From Geobacter metallireducens GS-15 (GTDB lineage: Bacteria > Desulfobacterota > Desulfuromonadia > Geobacterales > Geobacteraceae), in NCBI RefSeq assembly GCF_000012925.1, contig NC_007517.1, forward strand, positions 1,260,001-1,292,000: a DNA stretch of 32,000 bases, given 5' to 3'. Every line of letters starts with the position of its first letter. Position 1 is the stretch's first letter. The notes beneath the pieces are model-generated. The model worked only from the letters and a program-made list of their open reading frames with translations, made no database searches and was not told where the DNA came from. Below, in pieces: positions 18,894-27,678 of the stretch. Position numbers and translations under genes: made by a program.

Positions 18894-20237
18894 TTGGAGT
18901 CGGTTTTAGGCGAGTTGGCCGTCATATTCCTTCTTATCCTTGGTAACGGTTTTTTTGCCGGTTCAGAGCTTGCCATCATTTCTGCCCGCAAGAGCAGGAT
19001 CGCGCAACTGGTCGCCGCCGGCGACCCGAAGGCGAAGATCGTCGAACAACTTCAAGACGATCCGCACCGGTTTCTCGCCACCGTCCAGATCGGGGTCACG
19101 CTGGTGGGCTCCCTTGCCTCGGCCGTCGGCGGCGCCACGGCGGTCCGTTACCTGAAACCCCTCCTGGAGGGGAGTTCCATCAAGTTTTTCCATAATGCCG
19201 CCGAACCGCTTTCCATCGGCATCGTGGTGGTCCTGATCTCCTACTTTTCCCTCATTTTCGGCGAGTTGGTCCCCAAGACCGTCGGGCTTCAGTACGCGGA
19301 CCGGATGGCCCTCCATGTGGCCAAGCCGATCAATTTCATGGCTCGCGTCACCGGGGTGGTGGTAAGTTTCCTCACCCTCTCCAATCGGGCTGTCCTCGCC
19401 GTGCTGGGGATCAAGGCAGAAGGAGATCAGGCCTTCGTCACCCCCGAGGAGGTCCAGCATATCGTGGCGGAAGGTCACGAGGCGGGTGTATTCAGTTCCA
19501 CCGAGCAGGAGTTCATCCGCAATATCTTTGATTTTACCCACACCTGTGTCCGGGAGGTGATGGTGCCCCGTACCCGCGTTGTCGCCCTTGATCTGGGACT
19601 TTCGCGAGACGAACTGGTCAACACGGTGCTCGAAAACAAGTATTCCCGCTATCCCGTCTACCGGGAGAGCATCGAGAACGTAACTGGTTTTATCCACGGA
19701 AAGGATCTTCTCGGGGGAATAGTGACTGACCCTGCCTTCGACATCAAGTCGATCATTCGTCCGCCGTTTTATGTCCCTGAGGGAAAGAAGGTCAATGAGC
19801 TGCTGAAGGAAATGCAACGCAAGCGGATTCACATGGCCCTCGTGGTGGACGAATACGGCGGCATCAGCGGCCTTGCCACGACGGAGGATCTTCTGGAGGA
19901 ACTCGTGGGTGAGATCGAGGATGAGCACGACATCGGCGAGCCGGGGAGCATCCAGCGGCTTCCAGACGGCAGCCTCCTGGTGGACGCCCTCGTCTCCATC
20001 AGCGACCTTGCGGAGCATCTGGAAATAAAGCTTGGGGACGATATCCCCTATGATACCCTGGCAGGGCTCATTCTCGATCGGCTTGGCCGTTTCCCGGAAA
20101 AGGGGGAGCGCGTTGAGTGGGACCGATTTACCCTCATCTGCGAGGAGGTGAAAAAGACCGCCGTTGTCAAGGTCCGGATCGTGGAAACGGTACCGTCGGA
20201 TTCAGGTCACGAAGAAGACGGGGATGTGAAGGTCTGA
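18894..20237 (+). CDS. CNNM/hemolysin-family protein (DUF21 - CBS pair - CorC_HlyC)
   Basis: TTG start with GGAGGT 6 nt upstream. The N-terminal TM DUF21 has FFAGSELAIISARKSR, a CBS region follows, and the C-terminal transporter-associated domain has GRFPEKGERVEWDRFTLICEEV. Confidence 0.85.
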   Translation: MESVLGELAVIFLLILGNGFFAGSELAIISARKSRIAQLVAAGDPKAKIVEQLQDDPHRFLATVQIGVTLVGSLASAVGGATAVRYLKPLLEGSSIKFFHNAAEPLSIGIVVVLISYFSLIFGELVPKTVGLQYADRMALHVAKPINFMARVTGVVVSFLTLSNRAVLAVLGIKAEGDQAFVTPEEVQHIVAEGHEAGVFSSTEQEFIRNIFDFTHTCVREVMVPRTRVVALDLGLSRDELVNTVLENKYSRYPVYRESIENVTGFIHGKDLLGGIVTDPAFDIKSIIRPPFYVPEGKKVNELLKEMQRKRIHMALVVDEYGGISGLATTEDLLEELVGEIEDEHDIGEPGSIQRLPDGSLLVDALVSISDLAEHLEIKLGDDIPYDTLAGLILDRLGRFPEKGERVEWDRFTLICEEVKKTAVVKVRIVETVPSDSGHEEDGDVKV

Positions 20238-20245
20238 GGTCAAGG

Positions 20246-21322
20246 ATGGATAGAGGACACTTCTACGCGCTGGTGGCATTTTCCTTTTGTGCGATTCTCG
20301 GTTACGTGGTCTATGCCATTGTGTCACCGTTTCTGAACTCCCTCGGCTGGGCTGCCGTGATCGGCATACTTACCTTCCCCATTTATCGTCGACTGCGTGC
20401 GGGGCTCGGCGCACGGGACACGCTTGCCGCTGGACTCATGACTCCTGCCACGGTTCTCACTCTCGTCGTACCCTTTGTGGGGCTTACCTTTTTTCTCGTT
20501 CAGGAGGCAGCCGTCGCCTACGGTTTCCTCGAAAAGATTGCCGCCGATGGGGGCGAATCCCTGGTGATGAGCATCCAGAATCATCCCGTTGTCAAGCCGT
20601 GGATCGCGCGCATCGAGGCTTACACCGGCCCACTCGGCTTTGAGATCGACACCCGGTTCCTCCCCGAAATGAAGGAAGTGGCGGCAAGGGTGCTCAACTA
20701 CTCCAAGGAGATCGTCAAGAACGTCTTTATCTTCAGCATCAAGCTGCTCCTGATGGTGATTACCCTCTTTTTCATCTACCGTGACGGCGAGCGGGTCCAG
20801 CGCCATGCCCTTGCCGTCATCCCCCTCACGGAAGCCAACAAGCAGATCCTCACCGATACGGTTCGCCGCGTTCTGAAGGCGGTCATGTATGGCGTCTTTC
20901 TCACCTGCCTCGTTCAGGGTGCTCTCGGCGGCATCGGGTTTTGGGCGGCGGGGCTCCCTTCGCCGCTTCTTTTCGGGGCCATCATGGCGGTCTGCGCCCT
21001 CATTCCGGTGGTGGGGACGGGGCTCATCTGGCTTCCCGCCGCCATCTACCTCCTGGCAAACGGCGAGGTCGTGAAGGGAATCGGGCTCATTATCTGGGGA
21101 TTCGTTGCGGTGAGTTCCATCGACAACGTGATCAGGCCCTTCTTCATCAGCGGCAGGGCAAAGCTGCCAGTCCTGGTCATTGCCATCGGCGGCCTCGGCG
21201 GATTGGCCTCTTTCGGGCTTCTGGGCGCGGTGGCTGGCCCCATCGTGCTGGCGCTTTTCCTGGCACTGTTCGAGATGTATCGGGATGAGGTGGAAACGGG
21301 GGAGGGTAGGGGCAATTCATGA
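20246..21322 (+). CDS. AI-2E family transporter (PerM/YhhT-like permease)
   Basis: I prefer ATG 20246 (GAGG upstream) over the overlapping longer ORF. It is polytopic, with the typical C-terminal part IPVVGTGLIWLPAAIYLL..SSIDNVIRPFFISG. Confidence 0.8.
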   Translation: MDRGHFYALVAFSFCAILGYVVYAIVSPFLNSLGWAAVIGILTFPIYRRLRAGLGARDTLAAGLMTPATVLTLVVPFVGLTFFLVQEAAVAYGFLEKIAADGGESLVMSIQNHPVVKPWIARIEAYTGPLGFEIDTRFLPEMKEVAARVLNYSKEIVKNVFIFSIKLLLMVITLFFIYRDGERVQRHALAVIPLTEANKQILTDTVRRVLKAVMYGVFLTCLVQGALGGIGFWAAGLPSPLLFGAIMAVCALIPVVGTGLIWLPAAIYLLANGEVVKGIGLIIWGFVAVSSIDNVIRPFFISGRAKLPVLVIAIGGLGGLASFGLLGAVAGPIVLALFLALFEMYRDEVETGEGRGNS

Positions 21323-21333
21323 ATTGCCCCTAC
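21306..21333. repeat. Perfect 28-bp palindrome between convergent genes
   Basis: The sequence is GTAGGGGCAATTCA|TGAATTGCCCCTAC. The TGA stop of the AI-2E gene (21320-21322) sits at the dyad centre. There is no flanking T-tract on either strand. Confidence 0.9.
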
Positions 21334-21364
21334 GGTATGGACGCCTTCCGGTGAAGTGTCGATA

Positions 21365-22300
21365 TCAGGCCCGATGCGCCGCTTTGGCCCGGCGGTTGCC
21401 GATGGTGACCGAGATGAGGATGGAGATGGCGAGCACTCCCACGATGGTGCCGAGAGAGAAAATGATGGGAATCTGGTAGACATCCACCAAGAGCATCTTC
21501 GCCCCCACGTAGACCAGGATGATGGAAACGCCCAACTTGAGGTAGACGAACATCTCCATGACGTTGGAGAGGAGATAGTAGAGGGACCGCAAGCCCATGA
21601 TCGCGAACACGTTTGATGTGTAGACGATGAAGGGGTCATGGCTTACCGCCAGGACAGCGGGAATCGAGTCGACGGCAAAGATCAGGTCGCTGGACTCGAT
21701 CATGACCAGGGTCAGAAAAAGCGGCGTGGCCGCCCGGATTCCCCCCTTGTTGATGAAAAAACGGTCATCACGGACTCGCTTGGTGACTGGCACAAACTTC
21801 CGTACGAGCCGGATAAGGAAGTTTTTCTCCGGATCGATCTTTTCGTCCCCCCCAAAGGCCATCTTGAAGCCCGTCACTACGAGAATCCCACCGAAGAGGT
21901 AGATGATCCAGTGAAACCGCTCGATCAGTTCGATGCCGGTCATGATGAAGATGGCCCGCATTATGAGCGCACCGATGATCCCCCATTTCAGTATCTTGGG
22001 CTGGTGGACCTTCGTGATGTGGAAGTAGGAGAAAATCATGATGAAAACGAAGAGGTTATCCACCGACAGGGACTGCTCGATCAGGTAGCCGGTGAAGAAC
22101 TCCAGCGCCTTCGTGGAACCCATCTCGAAATAGATCCAGACGTTGAAGGCCAATGCCAGGGAAACCCAGACGATGGTCCAGGTGAGGGCCTCGCGGAATC
22201 TGATCTCGTGGCTCTTGCGGCTGAAAACTCCCAGGTCGATGACGAACATCACGAGGATGATCGCCCCGAATCCGAGCCACATCATGGTTTGCAGTGACAT
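21365..22300 (-). CDS. TerC family integral membrane protein (Alx/YkoY-like)
   Basis: ATG 22300. It carries the hallmark FTGYLIEQSLSVDNLFVFIMIF and a second half with ESSDLIFAVDSIPAVLAV. Confidence 0.85.
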   Translation of the reverse strand: MSLQTMMWLGFGAIILVMFVIDLGVFSRKSHEIRFREALTWTIVWVSLALAFNVWIYFEMGSTKALEFFTGYLIEQSLSVDNLFVFIMIFSYFHITKVHQPKILKWGIIGALIMRAIFIMTGIELIERFHWIIYLFGGILVVTGFKMAFGGDEKIDPEKNFLIRLVRKFVPVTKRVRDDRFFINKGGIRAATPLFLTLVMIESSDLIFAVDSIPAVLAVSHDPFIVYTSNVFAIMGLRSLYYLLSNVMEMFVYLKLGVSIILVYVGAKMLLVDVYQIPIIFSLGTIVGVLAISILISVTIGNRRAKAAHRA

Positions 22301-22374
22301 GTAAATTCTCCGTGGATGGTAGTCGTGGTAGAGGAGGCGGGGACGGCCCGTTACCGTCCCCACGGGGAAGTGCG

Positions 22375-23238
22375 TCAGAAGGTTCTGTTGTAAGCCATCT
22401 GCTCCAGTCGTGCGATCCGCTCCTCCATGGGGGGATGGGTGGAGAAGAGGTTGAGGAGCGCACCGCCCGTGAGCGGATTCACGATGAAAAGGTGGGCCGA
22501 GGCAGGGGTCGCCTGTTGCATCGGGACCATCTGCGATGCCATCTGCAGCTTCTTGAGGGCGTTGGCCAGGGCCAGGGGATTACCGCAGATCCGGGCCCCC
22601 GACTCGTCGGCCAGGTACTCGCGGGAGCGGGAGACCGCCATCTGGATCAGCATCGCGGCTATGGGGGCGATAATCGCCATGGCAAGCCCGCCGATCATGC
22701 CGCCGGCCCCCTCGTCGTCATCGCTGCGCCCGCCGCCGAATATGGCAGCCCACTGGAGCATGTTGCCGAGCATGGAGATGGCCCCCGCGAAGGTTGCCGC
22801 GATGGTGGAGACAAGGATGTCGCGGTTCTTTACGTGGGAAAGTTCGTGGGCCATGACCCCTTCCAGTTCCTCCAAGGAGAGGATGCGGAGGATTCCCTCC
22901 GTGGCGGCCACGGCGGCATGGTTCGGGTTGCGCCCCGTGGCAAAGGCGTTGGGGCTGTCGCTCGGGATCACGTAGACCCGCGGCATCGGCAGACCGCCTG
23001 ACGTAGCCAGACGCCGCACCATGCCGTAGAAGGCCGGGTTCTCCGCCTCGGTGATTTCCCTGGCCCCGTACATTTTCAAGACTATCTTGTCCGAGAACCA
23101 GTAGGAGAAGAAGTTCATGGCGCAGGCCATGAAGAAGGCGAAGACCATGCCGGACTTGCCGCCAATGGCGCTTCCCATGGCCACCATGAGAAGGGTGAGA
23201 AGGGTCAGGAGCAGTGTGGTCTTGAGTCGGTTCATCAT
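22375..23238 (-). CDS. htpX: Zinc metalloprotease HtpX (peptidase M48)
   Basis: ATG 23238 is preceded by GGAGGA. It has [19 protein letters not shown].., the [10 protein letters not shown] zinc motif and the C-terminal [15 protein letters not shown]. Confidence 0.9.
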   Translation of the reverse strand: MMNRLKTTLLLTLLTLLMVAMGSAIGGKSGMVFAFFMACAMNFFSYWFSDKIVLKMYGAREITEAENPAFYGMVRRLATSGGLPMPRVYVIPSDSPNAFATGRNPNHAAVAATEGILRILSLEELEGVMAHELSHVKNRDILVSTIAATFAGAISMLGNMLQWAAIFGGGRSDDDEGAGGMIGGLAMAIIAPIAAMLIQMAVSRSREYLADESGARICGNPLALANALKKLQMASQMVPMQQATPASAHLFIVNPLTGGALLNLFSTHPPMEERIARLEQMAYNRTF

Positions 23239-23320
23239 GGTTTGATTCCTCCGTTGCTGCCGACGTTTCCTTGTTCCCGGATTTTGATGTGCGGCAGGCG
23301 CGTTTAGGGTTTTGCCGGGG

Positions 23321-23373
23321 CAAATAAAAAAGACCTTTACCCACGGCGTCAATTGGCCTTGGATAAAGGTCTT
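23321..23373 (-). terminator. Intrinsic terminator forming the riboswitch expression platform
   Basis: Minus strand: AAGACCUUUAUCC (23361-23373) pairs with GGGUAAAGGUCUU (23330-23342) in a 13-bp stem with an 18-nt loop, followed by UUUUUAUUUG. The 5' arm overlaps the P1 3' strand of the aptamer, so P1 and the terminator are mutually exclusive. Confidence 0.65.
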
Positions 23374-23472
23374 GCATGCTTCGACGGAAGTCGGAAGCCC
23401 CTGGCCCGGGTGTTGCCACCGTGGTGACGGACTTTGGGTCGGCACTGTGTGCCGATTGCTACTCCCCTTTAA
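23363..23472 (-). promoter_or_regulatory. yybP-ykoY (Mn2+) riboswitch aptamer
   Basis: The minus strand reads UUAAAGGGGAGUAGC-AAUCGGCACACAGUGCCGA-...-CUUCCGACUUCCGUCGAAG-CAUGCAAGACCUUUAU. The conserved 5' AAAGGGGAGUAGC and 3' GCAAGACCUUU blocks pair as P1 (AAAGG/CCUUU). The internal hairpins fit the four-helix layout. Confidence 0.8.
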
Positions 23473-23480
23473 CGTATTTC

Positions 23481-23509
23481 AGGGTAATGATTCCGCTTTC
23501 CCGTGTCAA
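23481..23509 (-). promoter_or_regulatory. Candidate sigma70 promoter for the riboswitch-htpX-terC transcript
   Basis: Minus strand: TTGACA (23504-23509), a 17-nt spacer, then TACCCT (23481-23486). It ends about 8 nt before the aptamer 5' end. Confidence 0.45.
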
Positions 23510-23625
23510 GGGTTTTCCTTCAAGGCACGCCTGTCCTTGCTTTTGAAGAGGGAATCCTATAGCATCCACCGTTCATGGGCGATTTGATCCCATGACGTGC
23601 CATTCGTCATTACCCAGGAGGATCC

Positions 23626-24204
23626 GTGGATACCGCCGTTCTGATGACCACCTTCGGCGTCATTTTTCTCGCCGAACTCGGTGACAAGACCCAGCTCACC
23701 GCCATGGCACTCGCCATCCGCTACCCCTGGAAAAAAGTCTTCGTGGGCATTGCCGCAGCCTTTGCCCTCCTGAACGTGGGGGCGGTCCTCGTTGGCAAGA
23801 TTCTGTTCGCGGTCCTTCCGCTGTTTTGGATAAAGTTTATGTCGGGGGGGCTCTTCCTTTTTTTCGGAGTCACCACCCTGCGGGGAGGGGAGGACGCTGA
23901 CGAGGAGGAAGGGAAGAAGGCGTCTGCCCGGGGGCCGGTGGTCACGTCGTTCGTGATGATTCTCCTGGCCGAGCTCGGGGACAAGACCCAACTCGTCACC
24001 ACGAGCCTGGCTGCCCAGTACGACTCTCCTCTGGCGGTCTTCACGGGGTCCACCCTGGCCCTGTGGCTTGTCTCTCTTATCGGCATCTTCCTGGGACGAC
24101 AGCTTATCCGAGTCGTATCGCTTTATACCATCCAGAAGGCGGCAGGAGTCCTCTTCCTTGTCTTCGGCGTCATTGTCCTCTATCAGGCCTTTTCCGGCCG
24201 TTGA
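23626..24204 (+). CDS. UPF0016 (GDT1/TMEM165/MneA-like) family membrane protein, putative Mn2+/Ca2+ transporter
   Basis: GTG start with AGGAGG upstream. It has two copies of the family signature E-x-G-D-K-T (FLAELGDKTQLTAMALA and LLAELGDKTQLVTTSLA), separated by an acidic loop. Confidence 0.85.
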   Translation: MDTAVLMTTFGVIFLAELGDKTQLTAMALAIRYPWKKVFVGIAAAFALLNVGAVLVGKILFAVLPLFWIKFMSGGLFLFFGVTTLRGGEDADEEEGKKASARGPVVTSFVMILLAELGDKTQLVTTSLAAQYDSPLAVFTGSTLALWLVSLIGIFLGRQLIRVVSLYTIQKAAGVLFLVFGVIVLYQAFSGR

Positions 24205-24270
24205 CCGATTGCTTTTTCGGCATCGCATCCGTACAATGGTTGCCGGATACCTATCCTGGCAGAGAGCCTG

Positions 24271-25164
24271 ATGCCTGATAAATACGTCGAAAAATCCTTT
24301 CTCTATCTCGTAGCCCTCTCACTCCTACTTCACGTGGGTCTGTTCGCTCTGATCATTCTGTATCCCCAGGCAAAGCCGGTGCTGCGCCAGGAGCCGATCA
24401 TGATCGATTTGGAGGATATTCCCGATCTGCGTCAGGCACCGATGCCGACCGATTCGCGGAGGGAAGTGCGCCGTCAGGCCGAGCAACCCCGGCGGGTGCC
24501 GCGGGAAATGGCGCCGCGGGGAGACCGGGAACGGGACCGTATCGCCTCGCTGCCTCCCGTTGCGAAACCAATACCGTCACGGCCTGCAGTTCCCTATCAG
24601 GCCGCGCCGCAGCCCCGTCGGGGCGAGGGAGTGGGGCCGTCGGCCACAAACGGCAGGACAGGGGAGATTCCGGTGCGGGAGGCCCCCCGAGGCGGGGGCA
24701 TTCTCAAACCACGCGCGTCGGCGGAAGCGCCTGAACTGGCCCAGCTCATGCCGAGCGCCCAGAGACTTGCGAAGATCGAGGAAAGTTACCGGAAGAAGTA
24801 CCGGGATGATGTGGCGGACGGGGATACGAAGTTTCTCGATACCGACGATATTCAGTTCGGCTCGTTCCTGCGCCGGTTCGAGAACGCAATCTACGGGGTA
24901 TGGCGTTATCCCCAGGAAGCGGCCCGGCTCGGCATTGAGGGAGTTACGCCTGTAAAAATCACCTTCAACAGGAGTGGTGTCATCGTAAAGTATGAAATTC
25001 TGCAGAGTTCGGGGAGCAGAATCCTGGATGACGAGGTGCTGCGGACCCTGCGCATGGTGGGACCGGTCGGCCCCTTTCCCAGGGGGTACGACCGGGACGA
25101 GTTCCACCTCATCGCCTTTTTCCAGTACGGCATCGTTCGGGGAGCGAGCAGATCCCTCCGCTGA
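24271..25164 (+). CDS. TonB-family energy transducer (C-terminal TonB_C domain)
   Basis: It has an N-terminal TM (FLYLVALSLLLHVGLFALIIL), a Pro/Arg-rich spacer and a C-terminal domain (YPQEAARLGIEGVTPVKITFNRSGVIVKYEILQSSGSRILDDEVLRTL). Confidence 0.75.
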   Translation: MPDKYVEKSFLYLVALSLLLHVGLFALIILYPQAKPVLRQEPIMIDLEDIPDLRQAPMPTDSRREVRRQAEQPRRVPREMAPRGDRERDRIASLPPVAKPIPSRPAVPYQAAPQPRRGEGVGPSATNGRTGEIPVREAPRGGGILKPRASAEAPELAQLMPSAQRLAKIEESYRKKYRDDVADGDTKFLDTDDIQFGSFLRRFENAIYGVWRYPQEAARLGIEGVTPVKITFNRSGVIVKYEILQSSGSRILDDEVLRTLRMVGPVGPFPRGYDRDEFHLIAFFQYGIVRGASRSLR

Positions 25165-25170
25165 CCGGCC

Positions 25171-26046
25171 TCAATCCTGCCTTCTGCACAGTCGTTCCCG
25201 CAGATACTCCTCAAATTCCGTATTGAACTCTTCCCGCTTGAGCGCCATGTCAACCGTGGCCTTCAGGAATCCCAATTTGTCACCGCAATCGTGGCGTATC
25301 CCCTCAAAGAGGCAGCCGTAAATCGCCTCGTCCTTCGAGAGCTTGAGGAGGGCGTCGGTGAGCTGGATTTCCCCCCCCTTGCCCGGTTCCTGCCGCTCCA
25401 GGATCGGAAATATCTCGGGGGTGAGGACATAGCGGCCGATGATGGCCATGTCCGAGGGGGCCTCCTCCCGTTTCGGCTTTTCCACCAGATCGGTGACCTC
25501 GAAGATACGGTCGGTTATGCCGTTGGCCCTGACGCAGCCGTAGGAGGATATGTTCTCCATGGGCACCTTTTCCAGGGCGAGAACCGGCCCCCGGTACTTG
25601 CGGTAGACATCCAGAAGCTGGCCGAGGCACGGTTTCTCGGCATCGATGATGTCGTCGCCGAGGAGCACGGCAAAGGGCTCGTTACCCACGAACTCCCGGG
25701 CGCAGAGGATTGCATGGCCAAGCCCCATGGCCTGCTTCTGGCGAACGTAGAAGATGTTCACCATTTCGGCGATGTCCCGCACTTCGCGGAGGGTATCGTT
25801 CTTCCCCTTTTCCTGGAGGAGCGCCTCCAACTCGAAGGAGATGTCGAAGTGGTCCTCGATGGCCCGCTTGCCGCGGCCGGTCACGAAGAGTATCTGTTCG
25901 ATGCCGGCAGCCACCGCCTCTTCCACCACGTACTGGACCAGGGGCTTGTCGATGAGGGGGAGCATCTCCTTGGGTGAAGCCTTGGTGGCCGGAAGGAAGC
26001 GGGTGCCGAGGCCCGCCACGGGGAAGACTGCCTTTTTTACCTGCAT
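25171..26046 (-). CDS. galU: UTP--glucose-1-phosphate uridylyltransferase
   Basis: ATG 26046 with AAGGAG upstream. The opening MQVKKAVFPVAGLGTRFLPATKASPKEMLPLIDKPLVQYVVEEA is the canonical GalU N-terminus. Confidence 0.9.
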   Translation of the reverse strand: MQVKKAVFPVAGLGTRFLPATKASPKEMLPLIDKPLVQYVVEEAVAAGIEQILFVTGRGKRAIEDHFDISFELEALLQEKGKNDTLREVRDIAEMVNIFYVRQKQAMGLGHAILCAREFVGNEPFAVLLGDDIIDAEKPCLGQLLDVYRKYRGPVLALEKVPMENISSYGCVRANGITDRIFEVTDLVEKPKREEAPSDMAIIGRYVLTPEIFPILERQEPGKGGEIQLTDALLKLSKDEAIYGCLFEGIRHDCGDKLGFLKATVDMALKREEFNTEFEEYLRERLCRRQD

Positions 26047-26074
26047 CGGTGCACTCCTTGCGTTCTCGATCTTG

Positions 26075-26974
26075 TTACTTGTCTTCGTTTCGTAGTCCGG
26101 CCACGATGTTCGGAACAAGCTCTTCCCTTCCCATGGCCATGATGTGGACACCGTCGCAGAAGGGACGCGCCGCTGTCGCAAGCCGCCGGGCGATTGCCAC
26201 ACCTACTTCGAGGGGACGACCGGCGGCTTCCAGTTCGGCAACGATCTCGGGGGGAACCTTGAGTCCGGGGATGTTTTTCGTGATGTAGCGGGCCATGCCG
26301 GCCGATTTCAAAAGGATGATGCCGGCGATGATCTTGACGCCCAGGGGGCGCACCGCCTCGCTGAACCGGGCAAGGCGATCGGGAGAGAAGACCGCCTGGG
26401 TCTGGAAGAAGCGCGCACCTGCTGATACTTTTTTGGCCAGTTTGGGAAGGGTGAGGTCGAAGGGGTCCGCCTCCGGCGCCGCGGCCGCCCCAGCGAAGAA
26501 CGATGGGGCTCCCTCCAGGGGGGCGCCGGAGAAGTCCCTCCCCGCGTTCAGTGCTGCGATGGTCTGGAGAAGTTGCACCGAGTCCAGGTCGAAGACCGGC
26601 TTGGCGCCGGCATGATCGCCGAAGGAGATGTAATCGCCCGAGAGGGACAGGATGTTGGTTACGCCAAGGGCTGCGGCTGCCAGGAGCTCGCTCTGGAGGG
26701 CCATGCGGTTGCGGTCCCGGCAGGTGAGTTGGAGGATCGGTTCGATCCCTTCCCTGGTCAGGAGGGCGGCCGGGGCAAGGGGGGAGATCCGCACGTTCGC
26801 CCCCTGGTTGTCGGTCACGTTGATGGCGTCGACAAGGCCCTTGAGGTTTCGCGCCTTCTCCATGAACTCGCCGCAGTCGCACCCCTTGGGGGGGCAGACC
26901 TCGGCCGTGATGACAAAACGGTTTGATTCGAGCTTTTCGCGAAGGGTTGAGGACATGGGGGTCGGAGTAATCAT
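26075..26974 (-). CDS. metF: Methylenetetrahydrofolate reductase (MetF, short clostridial/deltaproteobacterial type)
   Basis: ATG 26974 overlaps the stop of the upstream gene (ATGA, 26971-26974). Motifs seen: FVITAEVCPPKG, AINVTDNQGANVRISPLA, QLTCRDRNR. Confidence 0.8.
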   Translation of the reverse strand: MITPTPMSSTLREKLESNRFVITAEVCPPKGCDCGEFMEKARNLKGLVDAINVTDNQGANVRISPLAPAALLTREGIEPILQLTCRDRNRMALQSELLAAAALGVTNILSLSGDYISFGDHAGAKPVFDLDSVQLLQTIAALNAGRDFSGAPLEGAPSFFAGAAAAPEADPFDLTLPKLAKKVSAGARFFQTQAVFSPDRLARFSEAVRPLGVKIIAGIILLKSAGMARYITKNIPGLKVPPEIVAELEAAGRPLEVGVAIARRLATAARPFCDGVHIMAMGREELVPNIVAGLRNEDK

Positions 26975-27618
26975 TTGTCGAGTTTCAGGCTTCCGGGCCT
27001 GAGGTTCCTGGCGAAGTCGCGGGGAGGCTTGATGGCAGTGAGCGGGGCCTCCTTGCCCCTCTCCCGAAGGCGGAGGTATATCTGGTACCAGACACACTCC
27101 GCGTCGCCGTTCACTTCGCACCGTCCCTCGTCCATTCCGCCGCAGGGCCCATTCAGGAGACCCTTGGGGCAGACGGTTACCGGACAGATGCCGGCCGTTT
27201 CGTTGAGGAGGCATTGGCCGCAGAGGGAGCAGCGTTGCTCGAACTGGCCGAATCGGCGGATGTTGCCGAGGAAGAGGGTGTCAAGGCCGGCGACCGTCAA
27301 CCGGTCAGAACCGGCGGAGACCGACTGGACACCTGCCCCGCAGGCAAGGACGAGGAGCGCTTCAGCGCCCTTAACCATCTCCCCTTTTGCCCGCAGATCC
27401 CGCTGGACCCGGAGCATGTGGCACGCCTCGTCGATCACCACCGATCCGGTCACATCCTTGCCGGCAGCGATCAAATCCTCCTGCATCTGCCAGATCTGCT
27501 CTTCGCCGCCGGCCTTGCAGACCGTGGCGCATTTGGCGCAGCCGATCAGGAAGACCCGGGAAACGGGCTCCAGGGCGGCGAGGATTTCGGTAAAGGGTTT
27601 CTGTTTGCTGACAATCAT
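26971..27618 (-). CDS. metV: MTHFR-associated Cys-rich small subunit (MetV-like, MTHFR_C domain)
   Basis: 215 aa with Cys clusters (CAKCATVC, CSLCGQCLLNETAGICPVTVCPKGLLNGPCGG). It is translationally coupled to metF and adjacent to folD. Confidence 0.7.
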   Translation of the reverse strand: MIVSKQKPFTEILAALEPVSRVFLIGCAKCATVCKAGGEEQIWQMQEDLIAAGKDVTGSVVIDEACHMLRVQRDLRAKGEMVKGAEALLVLACGAGVQSVSAGSDRLTVAGLDTLFLGNIRRFGQFEQRCSLCGQCLLNETAGICPVTVCPKGLLNGPCGGMDEGRCEVNGDAECVWYQIYLRLRERGKEAPLTAIKPPRDFARNLRPGSLKLDK

Positions 27619-27678
27619 AAAAGAATCCGGGACCGGGGATCAAGGACTCGCAAAACATAGGGCGTTGCTGCTCCCCGC

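Noticed and set aside
22339-22361. A hairpin GGGGACGG-N7-CCGTCCCC between htpX and terC, considered as a terminator or a second riboswitch.
   Set aside because: It has no following U-tract on the minus strand and no yybP-ykoY conserved blocks. It is more likely an mRNA processing or stability element within the operon, and the evidence is insufficient to call it.
23557-24228. A 223-aa minus-strand ORF.
   Set aside because: It is antisense to the UPF0016 gene, which carries two copies of its family signature. This is a shadow ORF.
26037-26882. A 281-aa minus-strand ORF in an alternative frame of metF, and the N-terminal extensions of the listed ORFs for galU, metF, folD, htpX, terC, ubiE, yggU and the FmdB gene.
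   Set aside because: The conserved protein N-termini begin at internal ATGs that are preceded by SD sequences. The extensions translate to Arg/Pro-rich low-complexity sequence or cross intergenic terminators.
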